DNA from: an uncultured Chloroflexia bacterium
GTDB lineage: Bacteria; Chloroflexota; Limnocylindria; Limnocylindrales; CSP1-4
Assembly: GCA_963734535.1 (NCBI GenBank)
Contig: CAVTHS010000008.1
Location: forward strand, 416,001 to 480,000
Direction of reading: 5' to 3'
DNA length: 64,000 nucleotides
The position numbers were made by a program, and so were the translations under genes. The number at the start of each line of letters is the position of its first letter. Within the stretch, counting starts at the first letter, position 1. The notes beneath the pieces are model-generated. The model ran no database searches, was not told the origin of the DNA, and saw only the letters and a program-made list of their open reading frames with translations. Positions 1 through 9,703 of the stretch are shown piece by piece.

Positions 1-1
1 C

Positions 2-112
2 GGAGACGTCCGCGTCGCCCACGCCGCGAACGAGCAGGTCGCGCTGGCCGAGGTGGTCGCGTGCGCCCGGACGCTCGCCGCGTGGATCGTCGGCGAGCTC
101 TCCCCGGACTGA
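2..112 (+). CDS. 3' end of M20/ArgE-DapE family metallo-deacylase (truncated by window edge)
   Basis: Frame from base 2 reads GDVRVAHAANEQVALAEVVACARTLAAWIVGELSPD*; AHxxNExV is the typical M20 C-terminal motif. Confidence 0.7.
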   Translation, partial: GDVRVAHAANEQVALAEVVACARTLAAWIVGELSPD

Positions 113-179
113 CGAGGCGCTCCCGATCGGGGCGTAGCTCCCGCGTGCCGGGGCGTGGCTCGTGCGTGCCGGCGCCCAC

Positions 180-602
180 CTACTTCTTGCCGGCGCGCTT
201 CTTCCCGTGCTTCTTCTTGCCGCCGTCTTCCCTGGCAGCCGATCGACCCGCCTTGGTCCCGGCTCGAGGGCCCGGGGCCGCGACCGCCGCTGGGGCGGGA
301 ACCCCCACGCCGACGGCCGCGGCATGGCCGCGGCGCGCGTCGACGACGAGGCCCTCGACCCAGCGCTGCAGCTCCTCGATCCCGGCTGGCTCCAGCCGGT
401 AGATCCGGCGCGTGCCCTCACGGTGCTCGCTGACGAGCCCGGCGGTCTTGAGAACGGTCAGATGCTGCGAGACGGCCGGGCGGCTGACCGGCATTCCATC
501 CGCGAGCCGGCCGACCGGGGACGGTCCGCGGCGAAGCCGGTCCACGATCGCGCGGCGGGTGGGATCACCGAGGACGTCGAGAGCGCGTGGGTTCATCTCC
601 AT
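180..602 (-). CDS. ArsR/SmtB family transcriptional regulator
   Basis: LGDPTRRAIV...SRPAVSQHLTVLKTAGLV...GTRRIYRL winged HTH; basic low-complexity tail. Confidence 0.9.
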   Translation of the reverse strand: MEMNPRALDVLGDPTRRAIVDRLRRGPSPVGRLADGMPVSRPAVSQHLTVLKTAGLVSEHREGTRRIYRLEPAGIEELQRWVEGLVVDARRGHAAAVGVGVPAPAAVAAPGPRAGTKAGRSAAREDGGKKKHGKKRAGKK

Positions 603-854
603 GGACGGTAAGTATCACCTCACGGATCGGCCGGTCAAGCCCCACGCACGCGTTCCCGCCCCGTGCCGCTCCGGTTTCGGACGAACCCCGGCGCGGGGTG
701 CGGTCCCACGGGCCCGGTGGACCGGGTCCCGCGGCCGGGGCACCGGCGACGCCTCCTGGCCCCACCCGCGCGGGCCACACCATGTGCCGAATGGCGCCAC
801 GCGAGGGGCCGATCCTCTCGCCGTCGCGGCTCCGCCCGGACCTATGCTACCGGG

Positions 855-2519
855 ATGGCGCCGGACCTCGTCCATGCCGGGCACCGCGTCCCCCTCGTTC
901 CCGGGCGGACGCTCTTCGACGCGGCCGATGAGCTGGAGCTCGTGGTGCCGGCCTCGTGCCGTCGGTCCGGTCGCTGCCACGAGTGCATCGTCGAGGTCAC
1001 CGCGGGTGGCGAGGCCCTGACCGCGCCCGGCGACGAGGAGGGGTTCCTGCGCCCCGGCTACCGGCTCGCCTGCCGCGCGGGCGTGAAGCGGAGCGACATC
1101 GACATCGAGTTCGACGTCCTGCGCCGGCGCCTCCGCATCTTCATGCCGCCGGACGGGCCCCCGCTCGAGGTGGATCCCGCGGCGCGAGTGATCGACGGTC
1201 GCGTGCGCCTCCTGGCGGACGATGGGACCATGGCCGATGACCTGGGTCCGGCGCACGGCCGATTGCTCGGGATGGCGCTCGACGTCGGCACCACCACCGT
1301 CGTCCTCGAGCTCGTCGACCTCGCGTCGGGTGAGGCGCTCGCGGCGGCCGCCTTCGAGAACCCCCAGCGCTTCGGCGGCAGCGACGTCATGGCCCGCATC
1401 ACGTACGACGACGAGCACCCGGGCGAGCTGCGACGGGCGCTGCGACGCGCGCTCAACCATGAGCTGGGGCGCCTCTATGCGGCCTGGGACGTCGACCGCC
1501 ACCAGGTCGTCGAGGTCGTGGTGGTGGGCAACGCGACGATGCGTGATCTCGCCTTCGGCCTGGACGTGACGCCGATCGGGCGAACCCCGTACCGGTCGAC
1601 GACCGAGGTGGCCTGGCGCGCCGGCGAGACGGCCTCCACGGCGATCGAGCGCCGCGCCCACGAGCTTGGCTTCCTGGTCCATCCGCGCGCCCGGGTCTGG
1701 GGCGCGCCCCTGGTCGCCTGCCACGTCGGGGCGGACGCAGCCGCCGACCTCGTGGCGATGGACGGCGAGGCGGCCGGGCTCCCGCGCATGCTCGTGGACG
1801 TCGGCACGAACACCGAGGTGATCCTCACCGACGGTCATCGGACCCTGGCCTGCTCGTGCCCTGCCGGCCCCGCGTTCGAGGGCGGCCTGATCCGCCATGG
1901 CATGCCGGGCTCGGAGGGCGCGATCGAGTCTGTCCGCAGCGTCGACGGGGCGTTCGTCGTGCGGACCATCGGGGACGTCGAGCCGGAGGGGATCTGCGGT
2001 TCGGGGCTTGTGGACCTCCTCGCCGAGCTCCGCCGGACCGGCGCCATGAACGCCCGCGGCGGGTTCGCGGACGGGACCTCCGGGGTGACAATCGTGCCGG
2101 AGCGCCGGATCACGTTCTCGCGCGCCGATGCGAGCCATCTCGCCCAGGCGAAGGCGGCCAACGCGGTCGGCATGCAGGTCCTGCTGCGCATGCTCGGATT
2201 GGCCGCGGCCGACCTCGCGCGGCTCGATCTCGCGGGCGGGTTCGCCTCGTCGCTCGACGTCCCGAACGCGATCGCGATCGGCTTCCTTCCGCAGGTCCAC
2301 CCCGAGCGGGTCGTGCGACACGGCAACGCGTCGGTCCGGGGGGCGAAGGCCCTGCTCCTCTCGCGCGCCGCCCGGACGCGGCTGGCGGCGCGGGTCGCGC
2401 GAATCGAGCACGTCGAGCTCGAGGCTGAGCCTGACTTCTTCGAGCTGTTCGTGGACGGCTGCCGGTTCGAGCCGCTGGCCGCGGCGACTCTCCCGTCGAC
2501 CGCGGGGATTCCCGCGTGA
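855..2519 (+). CDS. RACE/RamA-like ATP-dependent corrinoid reductive activator (2Fe-2S + ASKHA)
   Basis: CRRSGRCHEC...RLAC 2Fe-2S motif; DVGTTT, NPQRFGGSDVMARI, DVGTNTE, AGPAFEG, GICGSG; start chosen at ATG 855 after TATGCT. Confidence 0.9.
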   Translation: MAPDLVHAGHRVPLVPGRTLFDAADELELVVPASCRRSGRCHECIVEVTAGGEALTAPGDEEGFLRPGYRLACRAGVKRSDIDIEFDVLRRRLRIFMPPDGPPLEVDPAARVIDGRVRLLADDGTMADDLGPAHGRLLGMALDVGTTTVVLELVDLASGEALAAAAFENPQRFGGSDVMARITYDDEHPGELRRALRRALNHELGRLYAAWDVDRHQVVEVVVVGNATMRDLAFGLDVTPIGRTPYRSTTEVAWRAGETASTAIERRAHELGFLVHPRARVWGAPLVACHVGADAAADLVAMDGEAAGLPRMLVDVGTNTEVILTDGHRTLACSCPAGPAFEGGLIRHGMPGSEGAIESVRSVDGAFVVRTIGDVEPEGICGSGLVDLLAELRRTGAMNARGGFADGTSGVTIVPERRITFSRADASHLAQAKAANAVGMQVLLRMLGLAAADLARLDLAGGFASSLDVPNAIAIGFLPQVHPERVVRHGNASVRGAKALLLSRAARTRLAARVARIEHVELEAEPDFFELFVDGCRFEPLAAATLPSTAGIPA

Positions 2520-4084
2520 CCGCGACGAAGCCCGGGCTGCGCGAGCGCCTCGCCACGAGCGACGAGTTCGTGACGGTCACCGAGCTCGTCCCATGGCGCG
2601 GGCCGGTGGCCGACAAGGCCGGACAGGCGGGGCTCGCGGCCGCGCATGCGCTCGTCGACGACCCGCGGATCGCAGCGATCTCGATCACCGACAACGCCGG
2701 CGGTCACGCGATGGCCCGTCCCACGCTGCTCGCCGAGGAGTTCCTGGCGCGGGGGCAGGACGTCATCGTCCACGTCGCCTGCCGCGACCGCAGCCGCAAC
2801 GGGCTCCTTTCGCTCGCCTGGGAGCTGGAGCGACGCGGCGTCCAGAACGTGCTGGCCGTCTCCGGCGACCATCCGGTGGAGGGCTTCGAAGGCCTGTCCA
2901 GGCCGGTGTTCGACGTGGACTCGGTGGGCCTTCTCGCGCTGTACCGCGACCTGGTCGACGGGAGCTCGAACGGGAGCCCGGGTGGCGCCTCCGCGGCCGA
3001 CCCCCCGCAGCCGGGCTTCTACCTCGGCTGTGCCGTCTCGCCCTTCAAGCGCCTCGAGGCCGAGGTCATCCCGCAGTACCTCAAGCTCGCGCTCAAGGTG
3101 CGGGCTGGCGCGGACTTCGTCATTCCCCAGCTCGGCTACGACGCGCGGGCGTGGGATGAGCTCCTGCGCTGGATGCGCCGGGCCGACCTGCGCATCCCGG
3201 CGCTCGCCAACGTGTACGTCCTGTCGCGGACCGTCGCTCGCCTCTTCCACGCGAACCGGGTCCCGGGCTGCGTGGTCTCGGACGAGCTGCTCGCGGTCGC
3301 CGAGCGGGAGGCGGCATCGGCCGATAAGGGTCGGGCCTTCTTCCTCGAGCTCGCCGCACGGCAGGTCGCGATCGCGCGCGGCCTCGGCTTCCAGGGCGTC
3401 TACCTGGCGGGCCACCTGCCGGCGGCCGACGTGTCGCGGGTGCTCGACACCGCGTCCTCCTATGCGCCCGACGACTGGCGGGCATTCGCGCGCGAGATCG
3501 CCTACGCGCCGAAGGGGAGCTTCCGGATGTTCGCCGGGAACCCGGAGACCGGCCTCGCGACCGACGAGCTCTCGCCCGGGTACGCCCGCACGCTGACGCC
3601 CCGTGTGCGCGGCCGGGCGCGCCGCCGGGCATCGCCCTGGTACAGGGCGAACCGCCTCGCGCACCGCGTCGTCTTCGCGCCCGGAACGCCCGGCTTCCGC
3701 GCGGCCGGCCGCGTCTACGGACGGCTCGAGGCGGCCCATGTCGGCCGGCCGCTGCACGTGCTGGAGCAGGCGGTCAAGGTGCCGCTCTACGACTGCCGGG
3801 ACTGTGGCGACTGCTCGCTGCCCGACGTCGCCTACCTCTGCCCGGAATCCCAGTGCCCGAAAGGCGAGCGCAACGGTCCCTGCGGCGGGTCCCACGACGG
3901 CATCTGCGAGGTGCTCCCGCGGCGCTGCGTCTGGGTCCGCGCGTACGAGCGCCTCAAGCCGTACGGCGAGGAGCTCGCGATGCTCGAGCGCCCACCCGTG
4001 ATCGTCGACAATCGCCTCCGGCGCACGAGCGCCTGGGCGAACACCTTCCTCGAGCGCGACCACTTTGCGAAGGGAACCCCATGA
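2516..4084 (+). CDS. metF: Methylenetetrahydrofolate reductase with C-terminal MetV-like Cys-rich domain
   Basis: ITDNAGG, HVACRDRSRNGL, SGDHP, KVRAGADFVIPQLGYD; C-terminal CRDCGDC...CPESQCPKGERNGPCGG...C...CVW. Confidence 0.88.
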   Translation: MTATKPGLRERLATSDEFVTVTELVPWRGPVADKAGQAGLAAAHALVDDPRIAAISITDNAGGHAMARPTLLAEEFLARGQDVIVHVACRDRSRNGLLSLAWELERRGVQNVLAVSGDHPVEGFEGLSRPVFDVDSVGLLALYRDLVDGSSNGSPGGASAADPPQPGFYLGCAVSPFKRLEAEVIPQYLKLALKVRAGADFVIPQLGYDARAWDELLRWMRRADLRIPALANVYVLSRTVARLFHANRVPGCVVSDELLAVAEREAASADKGRAFFLELAARQVAIARGLGFQGVYLAGHLPAADVSRVLDTASSYAPDDWRAFAREIAYAPKGSFRMFAGNPETGLATDELSPGYARTLTPRVRGRARRRASPWYRANRLAHRVVFAPGTPGFRAAGRVYGRLEAAHVGRPLHVLEQAVKVPLYDCRDCGDCSLPDVAYLCPESQCPKGERNGPCGGSHDGICEVLPRRCVWVRAYERLKPYGEELAMLERPPVIVDNRLRRTSAWANTFLERDHFAKGTP

Positions 4085-5115
4085 CCCAGCGTGCCGGCGG
4101 CCCGTTCATCGTCATCGGCGAGAACATCCACGCGACGCGGGTCGTCCTGCGCGGCGGCGCCCGCGTCGTCGCGCTCGCCGACGGACGGCCGGCGCTCCCG
4201 TTCGCCGACGAGTCCGGGGCGGAGCGGCTCCTGCCGGTCCCGGACACGGCGCTCGACGGGCCCGAAGGTCCGAAGCAGCGCGTGAAGCACGTCAAGGCGG
4301 CCGTGCTCGCCGGAATGGGCGACGATCCCGCGCACGCGGCGCTCGGACGCGCCTACATCCGCTCGATGGCGCGCCGGCAGGCGGCCGCGGGCGCGCACTT
4401 CCTCGACCTCAACGTCGACGAGGTGACGACCGACGTCGAGGGCCGGATCGACGCGATGCGCTGGATCGTGGGGGCGGTCGAGGACGCGACCGACGTCGCG
4501 CTCGCGCTCGACTCGTCGTCGGCGGCGGTGCTCCGGGCGGGCCTGGCCACCGCCGCGCGCCGAGCCGGCGCCCCGCTCCTCAACTCCGCGGCGCTCGACC
4601 GGATGGACGTGCTGGACCTCGCGGCGGCGGAGGGCTGCGCCGTCGTCCTCTCCGCGACCGGCGCGGGATCGATGCCGGCGAACGCGGACGAGCGGGTCGC
4701 GAACGGTCGCGCGCTCGTCGACGCCGCGACGGCCCGGGGCCTGGGCCTCGACGCGCTGCACGTGGATGCGCTCGTGCTGCCGGTCGCGGTCGACCCGGAG
4801 GTCGGCGGCTTCTTCCTCGACGCCGTCCGCGGGCTGCGGGCGGCATTCGGGACCGGGATCCACCTGACCGGCGGCCTCTCGAACGTCAGCTACGGGCTGC
4901 CGGCACGCCGGCTTCTCAACGATGTCTTCATCGACCTCGCCACGGCCGCCGGGGCGGACAGCGGCATCATCGACCCGCTCGCGAACGACCTCGGGCGGAT
5001 CGCGGCGCTCGATCGGGAGGCACGGCCGTACCGGCTTGCTTCCGACCTCCTGACCGGCGCCGACCCGTACGGCGGCGCGTTCCTGGTGGCATTTCGCGCC
5101 GGCGAGCTCGCCTGA
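4081..5115 (+). CDS. Methyltetrahydrofolate:corrinoid methyltransferase (pterin-binding, AcsE-like)
   Basis: IIGENIH, LDLNVD, LDSS, LLNS, GGLSNVSYGLP, IIDP motifs; ATG overlaps metF stop. Confidence 0.88.
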   Translation: MTQRAGGPFIVIGENIHATRVVLRGGARVVALADGRPALPFADESGAERLLPVPDTALDGPEGPKQRVKHVKAAVLAGMGDDPAHAALGRAYIRSMARRQAAAGAHFLDLNVDEVTTDVEGRIDAMRWIVGAVEDATDVALALDSSSAAVLRAGLATAARRAGAPLLNSAALDRMDVLDLAAAEGCAVVLSATGAGSMPANADERVANGRALVDAATARGLGLDALHVDALVLPVAVDPEVGGFFLDAVRGLRAAFGTGIHLTGGLSNVSYGLPARRLLNDVFIDLATAAGADSGIIDPLANDLGRIAALDREARPYRLASDLLTGADPYGGAFLVAFRAGELA

Positions 5116-5193
5116 CGGTCGCCCGGCCGAGCGGGCCCGGCAGCCGCGCAAGGGGCCAACACGAGACAATGACGAGACAAGGGGAGACGACGG

Positions 5194-5826
5194 ATGGCGG
5201 ACCTGGCGGCACTCACGGCGGCGATCGAGGCGGGCGACCGTGCGACCGCGGTCACGATCACGCGACAGGCGGTGGAGGAGGGCCTCGACCCCCGCATCGT
5301 GCTGGGCGCGATGACCGCCGCGATGGAGGTGATCGGGGCGAAGTTCCAGTGCCAGGAGATCTATGTCCCGGAGATGCTCATCTCCGCCCGGGCGATGAAG
5401 GAGGCCACGGCCGTCCTCGAGCCGGTCCTCGTCAAGGCGGGGATTCGCCCGGAGCACACCGCGGTCCTCGGAACCATCAAGGGCGACCTCCACGACATCG
5501 GCAAGAATCTCGTCGGGATGATGTGGAAGGGCGCCAACATCGAGGTGATCGACCTCGGCACGAACGTCACGCCCGAACGGTTCGTCGAGGCGGCCCGCGA
5601 GCACGACGCGCACATCGTGGGGATCAGCGCCCTGCTCACGACCACGATGGTCGGCATGCGGGACGTCGTCGCCGCGATCCGCGCGGCCGACCTCGGCGGA
5701 GTCAAGGTGATCGTCGGCGGCGCCCCGGTGACCCAGGACTTCGCCGACATGATCGGCGCCGACGGCTATGCCTCCGACGCGGCGTCGGCCGTCGAGGCGG
5801 CCCGGCAGGCGCTCCGCGCGGGCTGA
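5194..5826 (+). CDS. Corrinoid (B12-binding) methyl-carrier protein
   Basis: GDLHDIGKNLV, SALLTTTM, VGGAPVT motifs and four-helix cap domain. Confidence 0.95.
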   Translation: MADLAALTAAIEAGDRATAVTITRQAVEEGLDPRIVLGAMTAAMEVIGAKFQCQEIYVPEMLISARAMKEATAVLEPVLVKAGIRPEHTAVLGTIKGDLHDIGKNLVGMMWKGANIEVIDLGTNVTPERFVEAAREHDAHIVGISALLTTTMVGMRDVVAAIRAADLGGVKVIVGGAPVTQDFADMIGADGYASDAASAVEAARQALRAG

Positions 5827-5900
5827 CACCCCGACGAGGACGAGCGCAGGCGCCGGCCCGTCGGCGGAGCGGCGTCGTCGACGGCGGGACCGACGGGCCG

Positions 5901-6659
5901 TCAGGGGGCGGACGGGACCGGCTCGGCCCGGATCACGCTCTCGTCGTACGACATCGCCAGCCGCTCGCCCGGCTGCAGGACCAGGTAGTCCGCCGGGTTC
6001 CAGGTGCCCTCGATGAGGCCCCGGATCAGGAGCAGCTCCCCGGCGAGCTTCGCGAAGCGCCAGCCGCGCCGGTCGGCGTCGTCGCGCGCCCGTGTCGCCG
6101 CCGCCGCGGCCGCCTCCGGCGCCGCGACACCCATGTCGATGAAGGCGGCGCGGTCGTAGTGCGAGCTCCAGGCGCCCAGCGCCTCCATCAGATAGGCCGC
6201 GTTGTCCTCGCCGTACTTCGCCACGTACTCGCGGTATGTCTCGAGCGCGGACGCGTCCGATACCGCTCCCACCCCACCGAACGCGCTCCCGTCGTCGGTC
6301 CGTTCCAGGTAGTCCTGGATGTACCAGTACGTGCCTGGGTTCGCCGCGAACTCCGCCTGGTAGCGCCCACGGTCGCCCAGGAAGAGCGTGATGCAGTCGT
6401 GGGCCCGTGGCACGACCAGCGGGATCGCGCCCGCGCGGAGGCCCGCGGTCGCGCCGCCACACAGTCCGTAGGCGAGGACGGCCGCGTCATACGGCGAGCC
6501 GGTCTCGTCGATCTCCGCCTGGAGGAGCGCACGGAGGTTCGGTGGGTCGTCGTGGAGGCCGCGCCGGTTCAGCCGCACGTCCACCACGTGCCGCGAACGC
6601 GCCGCGCACAGGTAGACGGAGCGGGCGAGAACCTCGCAGGTCAGGGCGAGCAGGCGCAT
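5901..6659 (-). CDS. DUF1638 domain protein (corrinoid-cluster associated)
   Basis: CEVL, GLHDDP, YGLCG, PRAHDCITLFLG motifs. Confidence 0.85.
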   Translation of the reverse strand: MRLLALTCEVLARSVYLCAARSRHVVDVRLNRRGLHDDPPNLRALLQAEIDETGSPYDAAVLAYGLCGGATAGLRAGAIPLVVPRAHDCITLFLGDRGRYQAEFAANPGTYWYIQDYLERTDDGSAFGGVGAVSDASALETYREYVAKYGEDNAAYLMEALGAWSSHYDRAAFIDMGVAAPEAAAAAATRARDDADRRGWRFAKLAGELLLIRGLIEGTWNPADYLVLQPGERLAMSYDESVIRAEPVPSAP

Positions 6660-6777
6660 CGATCGCTAGCCTACCAGCGCCGATGATGGCCGCGCAGCCG
6701 TCCCCGCTGCCGAGGCATGGCAGCCCCGCGCCCCTGTATCGTTCGCGGCGTCCATCCGTACCCAGGAGCACCGAGCC

Positions 6778-7983
6778 GTGGCCCTACCGTCGCTCGCGCG
6801 CGTCCCCGCCCCGCCCGACGCGATCCTCGGCCTGGCCGAGGCCGCCCGTGCCGACACGCGGACCGGCAAGATCAACCTGTCGTCGGGCGTCTTCGTGGAC
6901 GAGACCGGGACGACGCCGGTCCTGCCATCCGTGACCGAGGCGGAGCGGCGGATCCTGGCCGTCGGGCGGACGAAGCTCTACCGCCCAATCGACGGTGAGC
7001 CTGCCTTCCGCGACGCCGTCCGCGACCTCGTCTTCTCGCCGGACCACGAGGTGGTGCGATCGGGTCGCGTCGCCGTCAGCCAGACGCCCGGCGGGACGGG
7101 CGGCCTCCGGGTCGCGGCCGACTTCCTCCGCCAGACCGGGTCGGGCGGCACGATCTGGATGAGCCAGCCCACCTGGCCGAACCACCCGCAGCTGTTCCTG
7201 GCTGCCGGCTTCCGGATTCGCGAATACCCGTACACGGATCCGACCGGCCGGCGGATCGACGAACCTGCGCTGCTGGCTGCGCTCGGCGAAGCCTCCCCGG
7301 GTGACGTCGTCCTGCTCCATGGCTCGTGCCACAACCCGACCGGCGTCGACCCGTCGCCCGACCTCTGGCGCAGGATCGGCGACCTCGTCGAGGACCGGCG
7401 GATCCTGCCGCTCGTCGACTTCGCCTACCAGGGATTCGGCGACGGGCTGCGCGAGGACGCCGACTGGATGGACGGGCTGCTCCGGCCGGGCCTGGAGCTC
7501 CTCGTGTCGACGTCGTTCTCGAAGAGCTTCGCCCTCTACAACGAGCGGGTCGGCGCCCTGCTTCTTGTCGCCGGGTCGGCCGGGCAGGCTGCGGCGGCCC
7601 AGTCGCACGTGAAGGTCGCCATCCGATCGAACTACTCGAACCCGCCGTCGCACGGTGGCGACATCGTGGCAACGATCCTGGCGGATCCGGCCCTGCGGGC
7701 CCAGTGGGAGGGCGAGCTCGCCGGGATGCGGACCCGGATCAAGGCGAATCGGGCGGCGCTCGTCGAGGCGATCACGGGCCGCGGGATCCCGGGTGACTGG
7801 GCCCCGATCGCGACGCAACGGGGGATGTTCGCGCTCCTCGGGCTCAGCCTCGAGCAGGTGGCGCGCCTCCGCGAGGAGCACGCCGTCTACGTGGTCGGCC
7901 GCGGCCGGATCAACGTGGCGGGCTTCACCTCCGCGACCGTCGGGCCGTTCGCCGACGCGCTCGGAGCCGTCATCGCGGGGTAA
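6778..7983 (+). CDS. Aspartate/aromatic amino acid aminotransferase (AspC/TyrB family)
   Basis: QTPGGTGGL, PTWPNH, HGSCHNPTG, DFAYQGFG, SFSKSFALYNERVG, GRINVAG. Confidence 0.93.
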   Translation: MALPSLARVPAPPDAILGLAEAARADTRTGKINLSSGVFVDETGTTPVLPSVTEAERRILAVGRTKLYRPIDGEPAFRDAVRDLVFSPDHEVVRSGRVAVSQTPGGTGGLRVAADFLRQTGSGGTIWMSQPTWPNHPQLFLAAGFRIREYPYTDPTGRRIDEPALLAALGEASPGDVVLLHGSCHNPTGVDPSPDLWRRIGDLVEDRRILPLVDFAYQGFGDGLREDADWMDGLLRPGLELLVSTSFSKSFALYNERVGALLLVAGSAGQAAAAQSHVKVAIRSNYSNPPSHGGDIVATILADPALRAQWEGELAGMRTRIKANRAALVEAITGRGIPGDWAPIATQRGMFALLGLSLEQVARLREEHAVYVVGRGRINVAGFTSATVGPFADALGAVIAG

Positions 7984-8064
7984 CCGTGCCGGGCAGCCGA
8001 GCTCTTCCCCTCGAGGCTGGGACGAAGCGCGGCCGGCAGGGCGTCCGCGCCGTACCATCCGGGT

Positions 8065-8949
8065 ATGCCGATCGTCGCCGCCGAACTCCTTCGAAGCGTC
8101 GGGCTCAGCGCCGACGGACCTGTCGTCTGGGGCAGCCCCGTCCGTGCCAACGGCCCCGGCATCTACATCGTCGAGCTGCCGGTGGTGCCGGAGCGCGCAC
8201 CGGTCGACATCTCGGCGGTCGGGACGTGGCTCAGCCGCGTGCCCACGCTCGCGGTCGACGGTGAGCGGCCGACGGGCAAGGGGCTCGCCGCACGCCTCGC
8301 CGCGTGGTGGCTCCCCGGGGAGCCGATCGTCTTCATCGGGAGCACCGGGAAGTCGATCGCGCGCCGCGTCGACGCCTTCTACCGCACGCCGCTCGGGGAC
8401 GCGCGCCCGCACGCCGCGGGGCAGTGGCTCAAGGCCCTCACGAACCTCGGGCGCGCGCGCGTCTGGTGGGCATCGACCGACGCCGCGGAGGAGTACGAGG
8501 ACGCCTGCTTCGAGGCGTTCGCCGCCGCCGTCCCGGCCGAGGTCCGGGCGAACATCCCCGGCAAGGGCCCTGTCCTCCCCTTCGCCAACCGCCGCCACCC
8601 CAACGGCACCGCGCGGCCCGATGGGGTCACCGGATCCACGGTCGAACCACCCGCGCCCGCCGAGCCGGTCGCGGCCGGGAAGGGCGCGGTCCGGCGGAGC
8701 CCAACCACCATCTCCGACGATGACCTTGCCCGGGTGAACGAGCTGCTCCAGGACCTCGCCTGCGGCGAGCCCGGCCTGGAGATCACGCCCTCGCAGGCGA
8801 ACGCCGAGGGATCCATCCGGCGCCTGCTCGGGGAATCGCCCGCTCGTCCCGCCAGCGCGCTCGGTCAGCTGCTGCGAGCCGGGAGGATCGCCGGGGCCCA
8901 CCAGGACCTGGATGGTCGCTGGGCGATCCGCTGCACGCGGCGAGGCTGA
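8065..8949 (+). CDS. Hypothetical protein, possible divergent GIY-YIG nuclease with C-terminal HTH-like domain
   Basis: Coding-like ORF with TACCAT 6 nt before ATG; PGIYIV...FIGST...RRV...E...PFAN pattern. Confidence 0.6.
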   Translation: MPIVAAELLRSVGLSADGPVVWGSPVRANGPGIYIVELPVVPERAPVDISAVGTWLSRVPTLAVDGERPTGKGLAARLAAWWLPGEPIVFIGSTGKSIARRVDAFYRTPLGDARPHAAGQWLKALTNLGRARVWWASTDAAEEYEDACFEAFAAAVPAEVRANIPGKGPVLPFANRRHPNGTARPDGVTGSTVEPPAPAEPVAAGKGAVRRSPTTISDDDLARVNELLQDLACGEPGLEITPSQANAEGSIRRLLGESPARPASALGQLLRAGRIAGAHQDLDGRWAIRCTRRG

Positions 8950-9039
8950 GGGCTCGATCGGACGCTCGTCACCGGCGGTCCGTAGGGGCCACGAGGGGTA
9001 GACTCGGGGCATTCCTGATCGCATCTCCCGGAGTCATCC

Positions 9040-9513
9040 ATGCCTGTTCGACCAAGCCTCGCCGTGATCGCGCACGACGGGAAGAAGACCGATCTCGTGG
9101 CCTACGCCACGTACAACCGCGAGGTTCTCGCGCAGTTCGACCTCTACGCGACCGCGACCACCGGGCGCCTGCTCGCGGAGAAGGTCGGGCTCGACGTGGT
9201 GACCAAGCTGTCAGGCCCGCTCGGCGGCGACGCGCAGATCGCGGCCATGGTCGCCGAGGGCAAGATCCGCGCCGTCCTCTTCTTCGTGGATCCCCTGAGC
9301 GCGCACCCGCACGATCCGGACATCCGGACGCTCCTCCGCGTCTGCAACGTGCACAACGTCCCGATCGCAACGTCGCTCGCGGCTGCGGACCTCTTCCTGA
9401 CCTCGCCGCTCCTCTACGTGGGGATGAACGAGGAGGCGGACTTCCTCGAGGCCGGGACCGAGGTGCTGGGCGTCGGCGCGGCGCAGGGCCGCGGCCCGAG
9501 TCGCGCCTCGTAG
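9040..9513 (+). CDS. mgsA: Methylglyoxal synthase
   Basis: AVIAHDGKK, ATATTG, SGPLGGDAQI, FFVDPLSAHPHDPDI. Confidence 0.95.
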   Translation: MPVRPSLAVIAHDGKKTDLVAYATYNREVLAQFDLYATATTGRLLAEKVGLDVVTKLSGPLGGDAQIAAMVAEGKIRAVLFFVDPLSAHPHDPDIRTLLRVCNVHNVPIATSLAAADLFLTSPLLYVGMNEEADFLEAGTEVLGVGAAQGRGPSRAS

Positions 9514-9519
9514 GCAAAC

Positions 9520-9624
9520 CCGGCGCCGGACTGCGCTACCGGCGCCGGACTGCGCTACCGGCGCCGGACGGCGCTCCCGGCGTCGGACGGCGCTCCCGGC
9601 GTCGGACGGCGCTCCCGGCGCCGG
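9520..9624. repeat. 19-bp tandem repeat, about 5.5 copies (CCGGCGYCGGACKGCGCTM)
   Basis: Units start at 9520, 9539, 9558, 9577, 9596 and 9615 (partial). Confidence 0.92.
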
Positions 9625-9630
9625 GCATGA

Positions 9631-9665
9631 ACGGCAGGCAGGAGCTCTCGGCTCCCGCCCGCCGT
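9631..9665 (-). terminator. GC-rich hairpin between convergent genes
   Basis: Minus strand ACGGCGGGCGGGAGC-CGAGA-GCTCCTGCCTGCCGT pairs fully with G-U; no strong U-tract. Confidence 0.55.
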
Positions 9666-9703
9666 CGAACCGTCCGAGGAACGGATCGCCCGTGAGGGTC
9701 AGA

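Noticed and set aside
9520-9624. CRISPR array
   Set aside because: Units are contiguous with no unique spacers and no cas genes are present
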